Source: Thermofilaceae archaeon (GTDB lineage: Archaea; Thermoproteota; Thermoprotei; Thermofilales; Thermofilaceae). From it: a DNA stretch of 32,000 nucleotides. Both the position numbers and the translations under genes were made by a program. The notes beneath the pieces were generated by a model. It saw nothing but the letters and a program-made list of their open reading frames with translations, was not told the origin of the DNA and ran no database searches. Numbering within the stretch: position 1 is the first letter of the stretch; each line of letters begins with the position of its first letter. This document shows, one piece after another, positions 31,937 through 32,000 of the stretch. The stretch lies in NCBI GenBank assembly GCA_038727095.1, contig JAVYWK010000011.1:9847-41846 (forward strand), written 5' to 3'.

Positions 31937-31958
31937 GAAAACCTTTAAAAAGGTTTTC
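31937..31958 (+). promoter_or_regulatory. TATA box embedded in a perfect 8-bp inverted repeat (possible operator)
   Basis: GAAAACCT-ttaaaa-AGGTTTTC. The TATA TTTAAAAA (31944-31951) lies about 31 nt upstream of ATG 31979. Confidence 0.45.
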
Positions 31959-31978
31959 TGCAGTCGACGCTGAAGCTG

Positions 31979-32000
31979 ATGGAGGAGAGGCTGTTCATAG
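31979..32000 (+). CDS. 5' end of an unidentified gene (partial at window edge)
   Basis: ATG at 31979 (MEERLFI...) lies 31 nt downstream of the centre of TATA TTTAAAAA (31944-31951). Only 7 codons are visible. Confidence 0.25.

Noticed and set aside
31925-31942. CRISPR-repeat-like sequence GTTGCAACCAACGAAAAC
   Set aside because: It is a single copy with no spaced repeats anywhere in the window. Its 3' part belongs to the inverted repeat around the TATA box.

Overview
The window is a dense archaeal housekeeping region, about 90% coding, dominated by translation genes. Several things point to a thermophilic crenarchaeon (Thermoproteota): eL13, eS1, eS4, eL19, eL32, NAC, archaeal-type SAM synthetase, Arg/Glu/Val/Leu-rich proteins and TATA-driven leaderless starts. 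I call about 45 CDS. Twenty-one are ribosomal proteins, lying in four scrambled fragments of the canonical archaeal ribosomal superoperon plus the L11-L1-P0 cluster. The rest include SecY, ABCE1, AlaRS, RtcA, NAC, Rio2, SAM synthetase, an Sm protein, a HIT protein, a COG2106 SPOUT methyltransferase and several uncharacterised genes. I found no rRNA, tRNA, CRISPR array, transposase/integrase or recognisable defence genes. I cannot honestly point to a clear new multi-gene system. The most interesting leads are listed here. (1) The stalk protein P0 ends without its hinge and factor-binding tail, and the P1 gene is missing from its usual slot. (2) An orphan module (Cys-rich 71 aa, ~15-TM 542 aa and 3-TM 128 aa proteins) is stop/start-coupled to eL13. 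(3) A candidate 50-nt C/D-box sRNA sits exactly one promoter distance downstream of a TATA box. (4) A 120-bp island of 19% GC lies over the conserved C-terminus of Rio2. (5) A DUF434 protein carries a YacP/Rae1-like NYN nuclease signature between alaS and NAC. (6) A DUF460 protein appears to have two RNase H-like modules. All functional calls come from reading motifs by eye. No database search was run.
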